Program-made: the position numbers and the translations under genes
Notes under the pieces: generated by a model
Told to the model about the DNA's origin: nothing
What the model saw: the letters and a program-made list of their open reading frames with translations, nothing else
The model's database searches: none
DNA from: an uncultured virus (IMG/VR IMGVR_UViG_3300022602_000059)
Taxonomy: Duplodnaviria > Heunggongvirae > Uroviricota > Caudoviricetes
Strand: one strand, 5' to 3'
IMG/VR virus record: IMGVR_UViG_3300022602_000059
Length of the DNA: 64,000 bases
Shown here: piece after piece, positions 35,241 to 45,701 of the stretch
How positions within the stretch are numbered: position 1 is the stretch's first letter
How the letters are laid out: each line of letters begins with the position of its first letter

Positions 35241-37541
35241 CTAAGGCTGGGCGTAAAGAAGTGCAAAATTTGTTCCAAGGTTCACATAGTTAGGTAGCGT
35301 TTCTTGGAGCAAGGTCTGAGTAGCAAAGCGGTTGCGGTAGTAATGGCTACGGCTGTTATTGGTTGTGCCTTGCCATGTTACGTCTCCTAAGTCGGCGTAT
35401 CCGTTTGAGCCGTCAAAGTAGTCTCCTACAAAAGCTGAGCGCTCTAGCATAAAGGAGTCCATCAAGATAGCAATTCCTGACTTGCTTGGATTAGGCCATT
35501 GAAGCTTAACCACGCACGAAGCTGCCGCAGATGGGGAAGTTGCTGTAAACGAGAAACGGGTAAACGGCGTTAGCGGTACGGTGAAGTTGGCGCTAAAATC
35601 TGAAGAGATGAGGGTGTTGGTGCTGTCGTACCAGTCAATCTCCACAAAAACCGTTTGAGCCGTAGGGGTACCGTCACTAGACATGCGTACGTACCCGCTA
35701 AAGGTGTAGGAATCGTTTGGAAGAATAGGCATGTAGTCCGCAGAGGTAGCGGCAGAGCTGACAGTTACGGCTGAGGTAGATGTGGAGTAAATTTCCCCAG
35801 CTCCACCACTAATTGGGATATTGGGCGAGTCGCTTGATACAAGCTCGTCTGCTGCTATTTCAAGGGTTCCATTAGTAGCTGTCCATGGGGCAACTGTGCT
35901 GTACTCAAAGTTAGGGTTCTTGAGTTCGTTGACTCGGTCAGCTTGTACATTTACCTGAAGTTGACGAGACTCTTGGAAGTATGTAGCTGAAGCTGACGCC
36001 TCAAACTGAGCCGCATCAATGTAATGGACTTGACTGGTTGATGGGCTGGCAATCGTAATCTGTGGAACAGCAAAAATGGCACCGCTAGGGGCGCTGGCAC
36101 TTTGTGACAACGTAGTCCACCCTGTGGTGGTAGATGTGGTAGGGGATGAAACAGAGGCGCTGCCGATGATTGTGCCTGTTCGGTCGTACCAGCTCATACC
36201 TGCCGTAAAGCTACGAGCAGTGGCATCTGACCATGCCTTGTAGCTAAAGGTGTAGGTGGTACCTGAGGTAACAGGAATGCCGTGGGTAACGGGGGTTTGA
36301 TAGTAGGTAGTAGTAACTACTTTGTTTTGTACGTTACCTACAGCAATTGCTGATGAGGTGTTTAAGCACTTTAAGGTAATTGTTGAAGAGCCAGCGGCAA
36401 CAACCTTTAGCGAACCAAGGCGTGAGTTGTTGGAATAAGGGTTACTGGTCTCATTGTATGGGGCTCGATAGGAGACGTAGCCACCAGTGCCAGATTGAGC
36501 TGTGGAGTATGGGGTAGCAGTCACCATTGTTATTGCGCTTGTTGTTACGCCAGTAACGGTATACGAGCCGTTAATCTGAGTTGCGCCGTATACCTCTACA
36601 GTGCTGCTTGTTGTGAACTCCGAGGTATTGCTTACAGTAAGAGTTAGAACGCTTGTGCTTGTGCTTGCACTGATAGCCCATGCGCTAATAGAAGGTGGCG
36701 TGTAGTGCGAAAGTGTGGCATTCGTAGCTGTCCATGAGCCAATGCTTTGCTCAAAGGACGAGTCGTTGATGTCAAGCATTAAGTTCTTGCCCATAGTAAT
36801 AGTAGCCGCGTTACCAGTAAAGGCCTTTATGTAGTCCTGTACTCCAGTAAGGCTGCCTTTTGACTGGTTGATGTGGACAGTATTTGCCAGTAAGGAACGA
36901 GCCCTCTTAAACCCTAGTTCAGGTTGAAACTGAAGACCAAACTGTTGCATCATTCCTGGAAGTAAGCTGCCAGGGACCTTTTGAATGTTATATCGGTCTG
37001 TGATGATTTCTGTTTCTGTTCTGAATATGTCGTAGTAAAATCCAAATAGGTTTAAGAATCCTTGAAGCGTTGGGTTATCTGAACCGTCTACCGCATCGTC
37101 AAGATTAGGTACTTTATATATGTCAGGTAAGTAGTTATACATGGTTGTACCTGAGTCATAGCTCTTGACAGATAAGCCAGCGGCGTTTCCTGCACGCAAC
37201 CATTGGCCAGTGCCAGTGTCTTTTACAAAGATTGAGTAATAGAAGTACTGGCCCGTAGGTAACGTACCTGCGTAACCTACTGGAGATGGGTCGTAGAAAT
37301 CAGGGGACACTGCTCCATACAAAGCATCTACAAGAACAACTCCGTCATCGGCTGTCTCAGGAAATCCGTAAGTGTTTCTAATAAGGCGAATGCCTGACCA
37401 GTCACCTGTAGGGGTGTTCCATGAAAGGTAAATCTTGCCATAGTCAATTGGGCTGGCTGTAAATGGGGTCGCGTCAAAGTTGGCAAGACTCTTATTGCCA
37501 TAAAACGATTTTCCGTAGTAATCGATGCCGTACGTTGCCAC
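35241..37541 (-). CDS. baseplate wedge/tail protein (P2 gpI-like domain) with carbohydrate-binding-like domains
   Basis: YLP.IY...FL..FG...KG...G; NPNFE...W CBM-like repeats; follows baseplate J. Confidence 0.75.
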   Translation of the reverse strand: MATYGIDYYGKSFYGNKSLANFDATPFTASPIDYGKIYLSWNTPTGDWSGIRLIRNTYGFPETADDGVVLVDALYGAVSPDFYDPSPVGYAGTLPTGQYFYYSIFVKDTGTGQWLRAGNAAGLSVKSYDSGTTMYNYLPDIYKVPNLDDAVDGSDNPTLQGFLNLFGFYYDIFRTETEIITDRYNIQKVPGSLLPGMMQQFGLQFQPELGFKRARSLLANTVHINQSKGSLTGVQDYIKAFTGNAATITMGKNLMLDINDSSFEQSIGSWTATNATLSHYTPPSISAWAISASTSTSVLTLTVSNTSEFTTSSTVEVYGATQINGSYTVTGVTTSAITMVTATPYSTAQSGTGGYVSYRAPYNETSNPYSNNSRLGSLKVVAAGSSTITLKCLNTSSAIAVGNVQNKVVTTTYYQTPVTHGIPVTSGTTYTFSYKAWSDATARSFTAGMSWYDRTGTIIGSASVSSPTTSTTTGWTTLSQSASAPSGAIFAVPQITIASPSTSQVHYIDAAQFEASASATYFQESRQLQVNVQADRVNELKNPNFEYSTVAPWTATNGTLEIAADELVSSDSPNIPISGGAGEIYSTSTSAVTVSSAATSADYMPILPNDSYTFSGYVRMSSDGTPTAQTVFVEIDWYDSTNTLISSDFSANFTVPLTPFTRFSFTATSPSAAASCVVKLQWPNPSKSGIAILMDSFMLERSAFVGDYFDGSNGYADLGDVTWQGTTNNSRSHYYRNRFATQTLLQETLPNYVNLGTNFALLYAQP

Positions 37542-37555
37542 GATTTATCCTTTAG

Positions 37556-37918
37556 TTAGATTCCGCCAAAAACGTCTAGTGCATATAAATTGTTCACTTG
37601 TGTGGGGGCACCAGCTGCCGCGTAGGCAGCAACAGCTAAGTTTTCTACGTTAGTAATACGGTCGGACACAGAGTTAAACTGAGTACCGCTAGTAATGTAG
37701 ATGTTAGAGGATACATTTGGATTGCTTGTGCTTGACGACGTAGTCAATGAGCCGTTAAAGGCACCAGCCAAAGCTGGATTTGTTCCCAAGGTAGACTCAA
37801 GAGCAACTACTTCAACCTGAATTTTGTTAGGGTGCGAGGCGTCAATGATTTCAGTGACGTTAACATGCGTCGTAAAGGGCGCGATGTTCCCTGGGTAATA
37901 CGGTGTAAGTGTCGTCAT
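37556..37918 (-). CDS. virion structural protein
   Basis: ORF in baseplate operon. Confidence 0.65.
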   Translation of the reverse strand: MTTLTPYYPGNIAPFTTHVNVTEIIDASHPNKIQVEVVALESTLGTNPALAGAFNGSLTTSSSTSNPNVSSNIYITSGTQFNSVSDRITNVENLAVAAYAAAGAPTQVNNLYALDVFGGI

Positions 37919-37927
37919 TGCCTATCC

Positions 37928-39409
37928 TTAGCTCGAGATTCCACCTGTGACGGTAACGGTAATTGTTCCTGACTCTGGTATCTCATTAGGAGCGCAAACA
38001 ACATCGGCAGCCCCTGAGTTTCCAGAGCGTGCTACTGTCGTAAAGCTTATGTTTGAGACCTGCGTGTTATGACTATTTAGGCCGTATAAAGCTGTTCGTA
38101 TATCATCTACTTTAACAGTTTCGCCAAAATAAGTGGCGTCAAAGGTCAGAAGGTTGTTGATAGCGGCGGTTGCTGCGGTCTGAACCGTGCTGTTTCTAAC
38201 GTTACTTGGGGCTGTAATTGCTACCGTAACGTCAATAGGTACGTAGGTTGGTGGCAAGACTGTTACGGTTACGTTAGGCGGGGTAAGTCCTTGCAAGTAA
38301 GCGCTAGTTGCCGCGGATAAAGTAACAAAGTTAGTCGTTGGGCTCGAGGTTAATGGGTCAATTCCAGGGTCACCTTTTTGAGCTACATACAGGGTAACTG
38401 CTGTGTAAACACTAGAAACAGCGTTTACCTTGTTGGCGTTTGCAACTCCGCTGGTTACCTTATTTGCGTAATCTTCCAAAGACACAACGCGGTTAAGGGT
38501 AGCGATTGCTGAGTTAGCGTTGTTCTTAATAGAATCAGTTGACTCGGCGTCAGCGCCACCTGTAGAGGCAGATGCTTGCGAAACCGTCAATCCACTGACG
38601 TTAAGGTTAAGAATTTTATTGATTGAGCCAGCTGCAACGTTTCCAGCGGCTCCGCTTCCAACAACGTAAGTAAACTGGATTTGAGAGTTTAGCGGAGGAA
38701 TCTGACCGCTGATGTTGTCGCCAAAAATAATATAGGTATTGTTATTAGCGTCAACGCTTGTAGAGTAAACAGCATCGTTTGAACCAGAATCAAACAGGTT
38801 AGTAACCTGTTGGTAAGGAGAGCCATCTACCGTCACGGTAATTTGGTCGCCTACCACTGGGCTTTGTACTAACTGATATATTTGGTTAGCAAGTCCGTCA
38901 GATAGCTGGATAGGGTCAGAAGAAATAGTTTGACCCTCACGTACCGTTGTTGTTTCTGAACCTGGTACGCCACCCGATGCTGCTGGCACAATAACGTCCA
39001 AAATGGTTTCAAAGATAATTTGTTGATTTTGGCTGTTGACCACAGTTGTTGTGGCTAACTGGGTTCCAGCTGGAACAGTAATGCTAGAGGTGGTTGAGTT
39101 GCTGAAGGTAACTTGAACGGTAGAGGCTACAAGAGGCTTGGGGCTGTAGTTCAAGATGTTAGCAATTTGAAGAACACTTTGACGCTGGCTAGCAGTAGTT
39201 AAAAAGGCTTCGTTAGCTGAGCGGTCGATGTAGTACGACAGCATGTCTCCCATATATGAGAACAGCTCAATAAGCGTGATACCAAAGTCAGATGGGTCGC
39301 GGTTAGTCCATGCTGGCAGGTAGTTAGGGATAAGGTTCTGTAGGTCAGCGCTGATAGCCGCATAGTCACGAGAGGTGTAATCCACCTGCGGGGTATAGTT
39401 GTTAGTCAT
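37928..39409 (-). CDS. baseplate J-like wedge protein
   Basis: DYTSRDY...WT..DPSDFG..LIELF, FGD...G.IP, GGADAES, RVVS..DY. Confidence 0.9.
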   Translation of the reverse strand: MTNNYTPQVDYTSRDYAAISADLQNLIPNYLPAWTNRDPSDFGITLIELFSYMGDMLSYYIDRSANEAFLTTASQRQSVLQIANILNYSPKPLVASTVQVTFSNSTTSSITVPAGTQLATTTVVNSQNQQIIFETILDVIVPAASGGVPGSETTTVREGQTISSDPIQLSDGLANQIYQLVQSPVVGDQITVTVDGSPYQQVTNLFDSGSNDAVYSTSVDANNNTYIIFGDNISGQIPPLNSQIQFTYVVGSGAAGNVAAGSINKILNLNVSGLTVSQASASTGGADAESTDSIKNNANSAIATLNRVVSLEDYANKVTSGVANANKVNAVSSVYTAVTLYVAQKGDPGIDPLTSSPTTNFVTLSAATSAYLQGLTPPNVTVTVLPPTYVPIDVTVAITAPSNVRNSTVQTAATAAINNLLTFDATYFGETVKVDDIRTALYGLNSHNTQVSNISFTTVARSGNSGAADVVCAPNEIPESGTITVTVTGGISS

Positions 39410-39417
39410 GCGTTCTC

Positions 39418-39819
39418 CTACTGTGTAACTACGTCGCCGTAGCGATTAAGGTTGGCCGTTGTGGTAGGAGCCATCAGGCTACCTGGAGTACCGTTAGGTA
39501 AAGTATAATTAACTTGAATGATTAAACCTCCGTTAACGTCGTCTGGGAGGGCAATTACATTTTTCAGCTTTAGGGCAGGAAGCCATCGAGCAAAAGCTCC
39601 AGCCACAACTCTTTCCGCGGCAGTAGTTGTTGAGTAGTTGCTTTCAAACACCAGGTCTCTAATTTGAGTCCCAAAGGTGGGGCGCATAACACGCTCGTGC
39701 TCGCTAGTAAATAGAACTAGCCGTACGCGGTCTTCCCATATCTTGTTGATGTCCGTGGTGTAGGCAATAGAGCCTCGGCTATCAATAGAGAACGGAAATG
39801 ATATAGCTGATTCTGTCAT
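39418..39819 (-). CDS. gp25/gpW-like baseplate wedge protein
   Basis: T...ERVMRPTFG...LVFE...W.P; start moved to ATG 39819. Confidence 0.88.
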   Translation of the reverse strand: MTESAISFPFSIDSRGSIAYTTDINKIWEDRVRLVLFTSEHERVMRPTFGTQIRDLVFESNYSTTTAAERVVAGAFARWLPALKLKNVIALPDDVNGGLIIQVNYTLPNGTPGSLMAPTTTANLNRYGDVVTQ

Positions 39820-40214
39820 AGGTAGACTCCCATCCATACTGGAAAGTTAATGTCGCCCTGCTCAAACATAACCCAGACAACTTGGTTAAGTTCAGGCACT
39901 TTGACGTGTGGTGTTAAGGTGATTGTGTGGGTATGAGCCATGGTGTGGGTATGTGGGGGCGTGCCACCTGACCCTGTATTGCTTGCACTACTGCCCGACG
40001 ATGTGATGCTCAACCCGCCGTTGGTTCCGTGGTCTGAGTCCACAACTACAGGAAGACATCCAGGAATCCAGCCAGTGGTAATGCTGGAACCTCGGGAGTC
40101 TGCTCCCGATACCAAAGCAGGGATAGTTACCTTAATTCTGTTTGAGCCATCAGGGTCTGAATTATCCATGCAGATAGCGCGGTATAGGCCGTAGTACTTA
40201 TCGGACACCTGCAC
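39816..40214 (-). CDS. baseplate spike (gp5/gpV OB-fold)
   Basis: YRA...N.DP...RIKV.IP...VP.....VWVMFEQGD..FPVW.G. Confidence 0.85.
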   Translation of the reverse strand: MQVSDKYYGLYRAICMDNSDPDGSNRIKVTIPALVSGADSRGSSITTGWIPGCLPVVVDSDHGTNGGLSITSSGSSASNTGSGGTPPHTHTMAHTHTITLTPHVKVPELNQVVWVMFEQGDINFPVWMGVYL

Positions 40215-41529
40215 TCCTTAGCTTATTGACTGCAGCCGATGATAGGTTATTTTTTGTCTGTACAGTCCTTAAATTTTCAGAAGTACTAGACCATTTGGGG
40301 GATGAGGTCAGGGATGTATTGGATATCTTTGGTTGAGACCTATTTTTTGTAGTGGCAAACCCAGTTGCTTTATTGCTGTTGTTCACAGCTTTGGTGTTAT
40401 CTGTAAGAACAGCAGTGGGTAATTTATTGGACTGTTGAACGTTAGGAATGACCTTGCGTTTTGGAACAGCAACAGGTGCAGTTACAGGGCTTCCAGTAAA
40501 GGACGAGTTTAACGTGCCCAAAGAATCCGAACCTACTTCTAACTCTACGGTGTACATGTACTCTTCAAATACGTGTTCCGTAGAAAGGATAGTCCAATAC
40601 CCTGAGTACTCTTTGCCTAATCCATCTAGATAAATAGGCAAGTCTGGTCTTAAAGTTGCGTTGCCAATTACCTTAGCATGGCCGCGGTAAGGATATCTAG
40701 CGCGCTCGTCAGCAGCAATGGCTTCAGCGTTAGCGACGTTAGTGTTAGGCACGACTACGTGTGGAGAAAATCGGTCAAAGAACTCAGTCTTTGCTGTAAG
40801 ACGGGACGTTGTTGGTCGATTTTGATTGGTGGTAACGATTGCAGAATTTGATTCCAGGTTAACACCACCTACTGACGTAGCGGCCTTTACGGCGTTATCC
40901 ATATTTATGGTTTCGCCAATTTCTGGGGTAAATGAGTACATGCTTGTCCCCAGCGGGTTGTTTGCATCACGCATGACGGCGTAAGATGCACCCTCAAAAT
41001 TATTCTTAAAGTCGTTGGTCATCTCATCAAAGTAAATAGCCGTGTTATGCGCTCTAAGAGTATAACCAGACTGTTTAGCTAGTTTTACAAGAAAAGCCCA
41101 GTCAGTTTCCCCAGCTTGAATAAGATGGCTGTAGACACGTGGATGAGGCATAGCGTGGTAAGCAAACCCGTACTTTTTTGCAATTTCAGTAACAACTTGG
41201 TCAGCCGTAACGTTCTCCCATATGTTTTGAGAGGCCTGCTTCATTACGTAAGAAGCACCCAAAGCAGTTACCTCTACAAAGTGCTTGGCAGGAGAAATGT
41301 CGGGCTTTACGCTGTGAACGTAGCCGTTAAACTCTTGCGTACCGTTGGGCGACCGCATGGTTACGTGAATAGGCGTACCGTTTTGAATGCGAGAGTACTC
41401 AAGTCCCCAGTTTTTGATGTACATGACCAACTGTTCATGCTCGTAGCGAGCTTGACTAAATACCGTACGATAAGAAAACAGTACAGGTAGTCCAGAGCCT
41501 GGGAATTGGATTTCTATAAAATTATACAT
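40198..41529 (-). CDS. baseplate hub (gpD/gp27-like)
   Basis: IAKKYG...Q.GETDWAFL..LA...G, GNATLRP...GLG..YSGYW. Confidence 0.85.
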   Translation of the reverse strand: MYNFIEIQFPGSGLPVLFSYRTVFSQARYEHEQLVMYIKNWGLEYSRIQNGTPIHVTMRSPNGTQEFNGYVHSVKPDISPAKHFVEVTALGASYVMKQASQNIWENVTADQVVTEIAKKYGFAYHAMPHPRVYSHLIQAGETDWAFLVKLAKQSGYTLRAHNTAIYFDEMTNDFKNNFEGASYAVMRDANNPLGTSMYSFTPEIGETINMDNAVKAATSVGGVNLESNSAIVTTNQNRPTTSRLTAKTEFFDRFSPHVVVPNTNVANAEAIAADERARYPYRGHAKVIGNATLRPDLPIYLDGLGKEYSGYWTILSTEHVFEEYMYTVELEVGSDSLGTLNSSFTGSPVTAPVAVPKRKVIPNVQQSNKLPTAVLTDNTKAVNNSNKATGFATTKNRSQPKISNTSLTSSPKWSSTSENLRTVQTKNNLSSAAVNKLRSAGVR

Positions 41530-41806
41530 TGAGGATAATCTTTAGCTCTGTTCCAGGGGTGATATTCGTAAAGTCTGTTAGTTGAGGGTTGTACTCGGGA
41601 ATCATCCACCACATTTTTGGACGGCCCCAGTACTGAAATGCAATGTCGTCTAAGCGTTCGCCCTCTGTGTACACATGTATGCGGTAGGTAATAGTTCCAA
41701 TAGAATCAAACTCATAGAACACAATAGGTGTGTTGTCAGAGTTCTCAACAAGCTGAATGTAGTCGATGGTTGAGTAATAGTACCGCGAGTTAATATCTAT
41801 GGTCAT
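41522..41806 (-). CDS. LysM-like/gpX baseplate protein
   Basis: EGERLDDIAF.YWG...WW.I...NP...PGTELKI. Confidence 0.85.
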   Translation of the reverse strand: MTIDINSRYYYSTIDYIQLVENSDNTPIVFYEFDSIGTITYRIHVYTEGERLDDIAFQYWGRPKMWWMIPEYNPQLTDFTNITPGTELKIILNV

Positions 41807-43494
41807 TTAGTAGCTCCCGTGGTTGTGCTAAGTGCTTGATTTTGCGCCACACTTGCAGAGGCCATTAGCTGGAACTGCAGGTCTACCTGTGTGCGAATAG
41901 GAACCATCATTTCAGAGAACATCTGATGGTCAACGTTTAAGTTATTGAGATAACCTAGATAGCGCATAGGACCAATCTCAATCTCTACCAAGGTCATAGC
42001 TAGGAATCCAATGTCAGATGTGGTTTGGTCTAAGCGAACCCAGCCGTCTCCATTAACGCACTTGTAGATGTACTCAAGGTCAGCGTAGGTTCCACGACGC
42101 ATTAGGTCTGCAATTTTGTCGTTAGTGTTTGTACCTGAGTTTGCGTAATACTGTTGGAATCTACCAACGAAGTCATCTTGCAACCCAGCTAGGGCAGCCT
42201 TATCTATGTTAATTAAAGTACTTAGATAGTTTTGAACCGCAGTACCAACAACATCATTGGATGGAACTGCTTGAAGCCCTGCTTGGGTAGCTGCAGTTGC
42301 TGCAGATAGAATGTCTGAGGATGTAATGTAGTCATTAGCCACTGAAGCAAAACAAGCAAAGTCGTTTACGCGGTCAAGTACAATGCTCACTGACAGAACT
42401 TCACCGCTAGGAAACACGGGCAAAGCAGTAGACCAGTATTGGGAAGAACCAGGGGTTACATCAGGGTTTAAAGTAACGCTAGTTGAGTAATCGGACGGGT
42501 TCCATAAAAATTGGAATCCATATTCTTGCTTTGATTTTCCTGGGTTGTTTTGAGTAGTAACAGAGCTACTAGCTGATGTAGCCAACTGCTGTTGACTATC
42601 TGCGTAGTGCCAGAAACGACCTCTACGTAAGTTATCGTCAGGAACTGCGCTGGAAACCAAAGATTCTACGTTCTTTGGGCGTAGCGGAAGGCTCCAGTTG
42701 TGAGGAGGAAGGTTAAACTCAGCCGTAGGCGGATACTTAGGGGGCGGTACATTTTGTGAGCCATCAGAGCTTGGGATTGTTGGCCCTTTTGGTTTTGCAG
42801 CTGTTTGTGTTGTAGTGCCTGAAATAAAAGAAAGACCCTTCGGACTACCACCCTTTATGTTGGCAATGATTGGCTCTATTTTTTTAACGTAGTCTGTAAC
42901 AATACTTCCATTTACTAGGTCTAAGCTATTCTTGATAGACGTTGCTTGAGCCTTTACTTTGGCGTAAGCAGCTTGCACCATAGGAGCTTGAGTCTGAGCG
43001 GCGGTTAATGCAGCTAAAGCTTCTGACGCTAAAGAGGAGTTTGTAGACAGCTTATTAAAGTAGTTGGTTAGCTTTAGTAGGCCCTCTTTGCTGTAGTAAG
43101 TATTAGCAGCCCAGTTTAAAGAAACGTACCAATGGCTTGAGTCATCGTAGTTAATGTAGTCGCCAGTTAAGTTTGTAATATAAGGCTGTGTAGCTGAGAT
43201 ATACGCGTTCAAATCTGTATAACTTCCAAAGGCTTTTAGTGTAGGGTCGGTGTCTAGCCAGTTGTACTTAGGAAGGTTTACTAAAGAAGCTTTGATTGCT
43301 GAGACGTCCGCACCCGTAGAGGTAGGATTATCAACAAGAATTCCGTTTACTTTTTCTAAGTTTGCTTGAGCTGTAGCCACGTTTGCATTGTAAGTATCTC
43401 TAATGCTGGCTAAGTTTGCGCGTACCTGTTGACTGTTTTGGGGATTGTTGATGTAGTTGTTTACTAGGGTAGTCCAGTCTTTAACTGTAGACAT
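41803..43494 (-). CDS. tail tube initiator-like protein with long N-terminal extension
   Basis: C-terminal FQFLWNP...G...Y.GYL..L.V....F...MVPIR..V.L; sits between tape measure and LysM genes. Confidence 0.6.
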   Translation of the reverse strand: MSTVKDWTTLVNNYINNPQNSQQVRANLASIRDTYNANVATAQANLEKVNGILVDNPTSTGADVSAIKASLVNLPKYNWLDTDPTLKAFGSYTDLNAYISATQPYITNLTGDYINYDDSSHWYVSLNWAANTYYSKEGLLKLTNYFNKLSTNSSLASEALAALTAAQTQAPMVQAAYAKVKAQATSIKNSLDLVNGSIVTDYVKKIEPIIANIKGGSPKGLSFISGTTTQTAAKPKGPTIPSSDGSQNVPPPKYPPTAEFNLPPHNWSLPLRPKNVESLVSSAVPDDNLRRGRFWHYADSQQQLATSASSSVTTQNNPGKSKQEYGFQFLWNPSDYSTSVTLNPDVTPGSSQYWSTALPVFPSGEVLSVSIVLDRVNDFACFASVANDYITSSDILSAATAATQAGLQAVPSNDVVGTAVQNYLSTLINIDKAALAGLQDDFVGRFQQYYANSGTNTNDKIADLMRRGTYADLEYIYKCVNGDGWVRLDQTTSDIGFLAMTLVEIEIGPMRYLGYLNNLNVDHQMFSEMMVPIRTQVDLQFQLMASASVAQNQALSTTTGATK

Positions 43495-45701
43495 TAGTGA
43501 GTCCTCGCATTCGATTTACCGACAGCAGTTTGAACTGCGTTGACAACAGTTTTAGTAGTTTGAGCAACGGCGTTAGGACTTGAAGACGCAGGCACTGTAA
43601 CGTTGATGGTTATTCCTGCCCCAGTAGATACAACAGAACCTGTTGCTGACGATGGGCTGACACTTGACGCCGCAGCTACTGCGTTTACAGTGCTAGTAGC
43701 AGGACGTCCTCCGTTAAACATCGCGTTTTGAATACCCGTTGAGCCACCAAGGCTAAGTGCGCTCATTCCAAAAGATGAAAGAGTAGAGGGGCTAAACAAG
43801 GTAGACATAGACATGCCAGAAGATGTTCCACCAAGCACACGACGAGCTGCTGAAACTGAGGCAAGATTTACGCCAGCAACTTCAACTGCTCCTCCTGTAT
43901 GTGGAGCCTGGATAATCTGGTTTCCACCAATGTAGATAGCTACGTGGTCTGGAGCAGTTGCGCTTCCAAAGAACAGTAGGTCTCCAGGTTGAGCTTGAAG
44001 CGGATTGACTTCAATGCCGCACTTAACTTGGTCGTACGTAGTGCGAGGAAGGTTAATACCTTGTTTAGCAAAAACATATTGAACAAAGCTTGAGCAGTCA
44101 AAGCCAACCGTTTGTGAGTTCTGATTAGAGCCTACGGATGGGCCGTTTACTCCACCGCCACCCCATACGTACGGAGTTCCAATTAAGTTAGCAGCTGTTC
44201 CAATAACATAAGAAACAGCCATAGGGTTGCCGCCGCTCAACGAGTTAGGGCCAACTGTTGCTCCCTTTCCTTGACCACTACCGTGCTGAGCGCCAACAGC
44301 GTAGCCGCCGCCGTATGCCGCAGCTCCCACGCCAGCTCCAACCAGAGCACCAATTGGGTCAAACCCGCTTACTAAGAATCCTGATAAAGCATCTCCGCCT
44401 ACAGTCTTTAATAAATTTCCTAGACTAAAACCCTTACCCTTTGAACCAGAAGAGTAGCCAGAGATTGCGCCAGCTGCTGTTGTTGCAATACCGCCTATAA
44501 CACCGACGCCAGTACCTAATCCTTTAAGGGCACCAGATAAGACGCCCCCCGCTCCTCCAGCGCCTGAACCCGAGCCCGCAAGTAGACCAATAAGAGGACC
44601 AATAAGATTGCCAGCAATAGAGCTTGCAAGCAAAGCAACTGCTCCGTTAAATCCGCCAAGAATTGTGCTGCTGTACCCGTAGGCTTTAAGAAGACCATTA
44701 AGATTTTTAGCAGCTCCAGCAAAGTCGTTGGTTGCTGTAGTCAACTGAGATAAAGCTGTATCGGTGCCCTGCAAAATTCCTGAAGTTGTTGACTGCATCA
44801 AATTAAGTTGAGCAGCATTGTAGTTGCTTATTGCAGATGCTGTTTTAGTAATGATACCCGCCGTAGTAAGCTGACCTTTAGTAGCGTTGTCAGGCAGCCC
44901 CTTTGCCTTAGCAATAAGTTTTGTAATAACAAGATTAATGAGGTTAGGGTCTGACAGGTATGTAGTCAAAATCATATTGAGCTGATTACCTGATTGTAGA
45001 CTACCAATGATGTAAGCGTAGGCCTCAGTGCTACTTCCATGAAGCTGTGGGGTTGTAGCAAAAATCTTATCAACAAACTCATTGATGATGGTGTTGGGGT
45101 CTCTAGCTAAGCCATTGGCACCGCGAACTTGTATGCCAATAGCGTTAAGCTTATTGACGGTTTGTGCTTGGTCTAGTGATGCGGTAGCTGCAGCTGTACC
45201 TGCTAAGCCAAGACCAGGAGCATAGTTTGAAAGAGCGGCTACGCCTTTTCCAAAAGTATTGATGTTGTAAATACCGCCAGCTTGTAAAGCTGCTTGAGCT
45301 TGCAAGGCGTCGGTTGAGCTAGTTGCCGTTCCACTTTTAGACAAGCTTAGCTGTTGAGCCGCTGTTGTTGAGTAAGATTGATTTGCTAAAAATCCAGTAC
45401 GCGATGTACTGAGCTGATAAGCCGCAATTTGTTGTGGGCTTCCAAGAGCCGCCGCAGCCACAGCAGGTAGGGTTGCTCCAACATCAAAGATACCCGTACC
45501 AATAGTTTTAGCTACTTGAGCCGCACTGGTTGGGAATGTCGGTTTTGCTACAGAAGCACCGTTAGTTCCAGTTGCAGAGCCAACGGCACTAGACATCTGC
45601 CCTTGAATTTGGGCGATGCCTTCGAAAGTACCCCGAATAGACTTGGCAAGAGTGTCGAGCTCTTTCCAAACATTCAGGGTGTTATCCGCTGCTGCCATCA
45701 C
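43494..45701 (-). CDS. tape measure protein with NlpC/P60 peptidoglycan hydrolase domain
   Basis: Ala/Gly-rich; GTPYVWGG, GFDCSS, PGDLLFF, HVAIY. Confidence 0.85.
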   Translation of the reverse strand: MMAAADNTLNVWKELDTLAKSIRGTFEGIAQIQGQMSSAVGSATGTNGASVAKPTFPTSAAQVAKTIGTGIFDVGATLPAVAAAALGSPQQIAAYQLSTSRTGFLANQSYSTTAAQQLSLSKSGTATSSTDALQAQAALQAGGIYNINTFGKGVAALSNYAPGLGLAGTAAATASLDQAQTVNKLNAIGIQVRGANGLARDPNTIINEFVDKIFATTPQLHGSSTEAYAYIIGSLQSGNQLNMILTTYLSDPNLINLVITKLIAKAKGLPDNATKGQLTTAGIITKTASAISNYNAAQLNLMQSTTSGILQGTDTALSQLTTATNDFAGAAKNLNGLLKAYGYSSTILGGFNGAVALLASSIAGNLIGPLIGLLAGSGSGAGGAGGVLSGALKGLGTGVGVIGGIATTAAGAISGYSSGSKGKGFSLGNLLKTVGGDALSGFLVSGFDPIGALVGAGVGAAAYGGGYAVGAQHGSGQGKGATVGPNSLSGGNPMAVSYVIGTAANLIGTPYVWGGGGVNGPSVGSNQNSQTVGFDCSSFVQYVFAKQGINLPRTTYDQVKCGIEVNPLQAQPGDLLFFGSATAPDHVAIYIGGNQIIQAPHTGGAVEVAGVNLASVSAARRVLGGTSSGMSMSTLFSPSTLSSFGMSALSLGGSTGIQNAMFNGGRPATSTVNAVAAASSVSPSSATGSVVSTGAGITINVTVPASSSPNAVAQTTKTVVNAVQTAVGKSNARTH

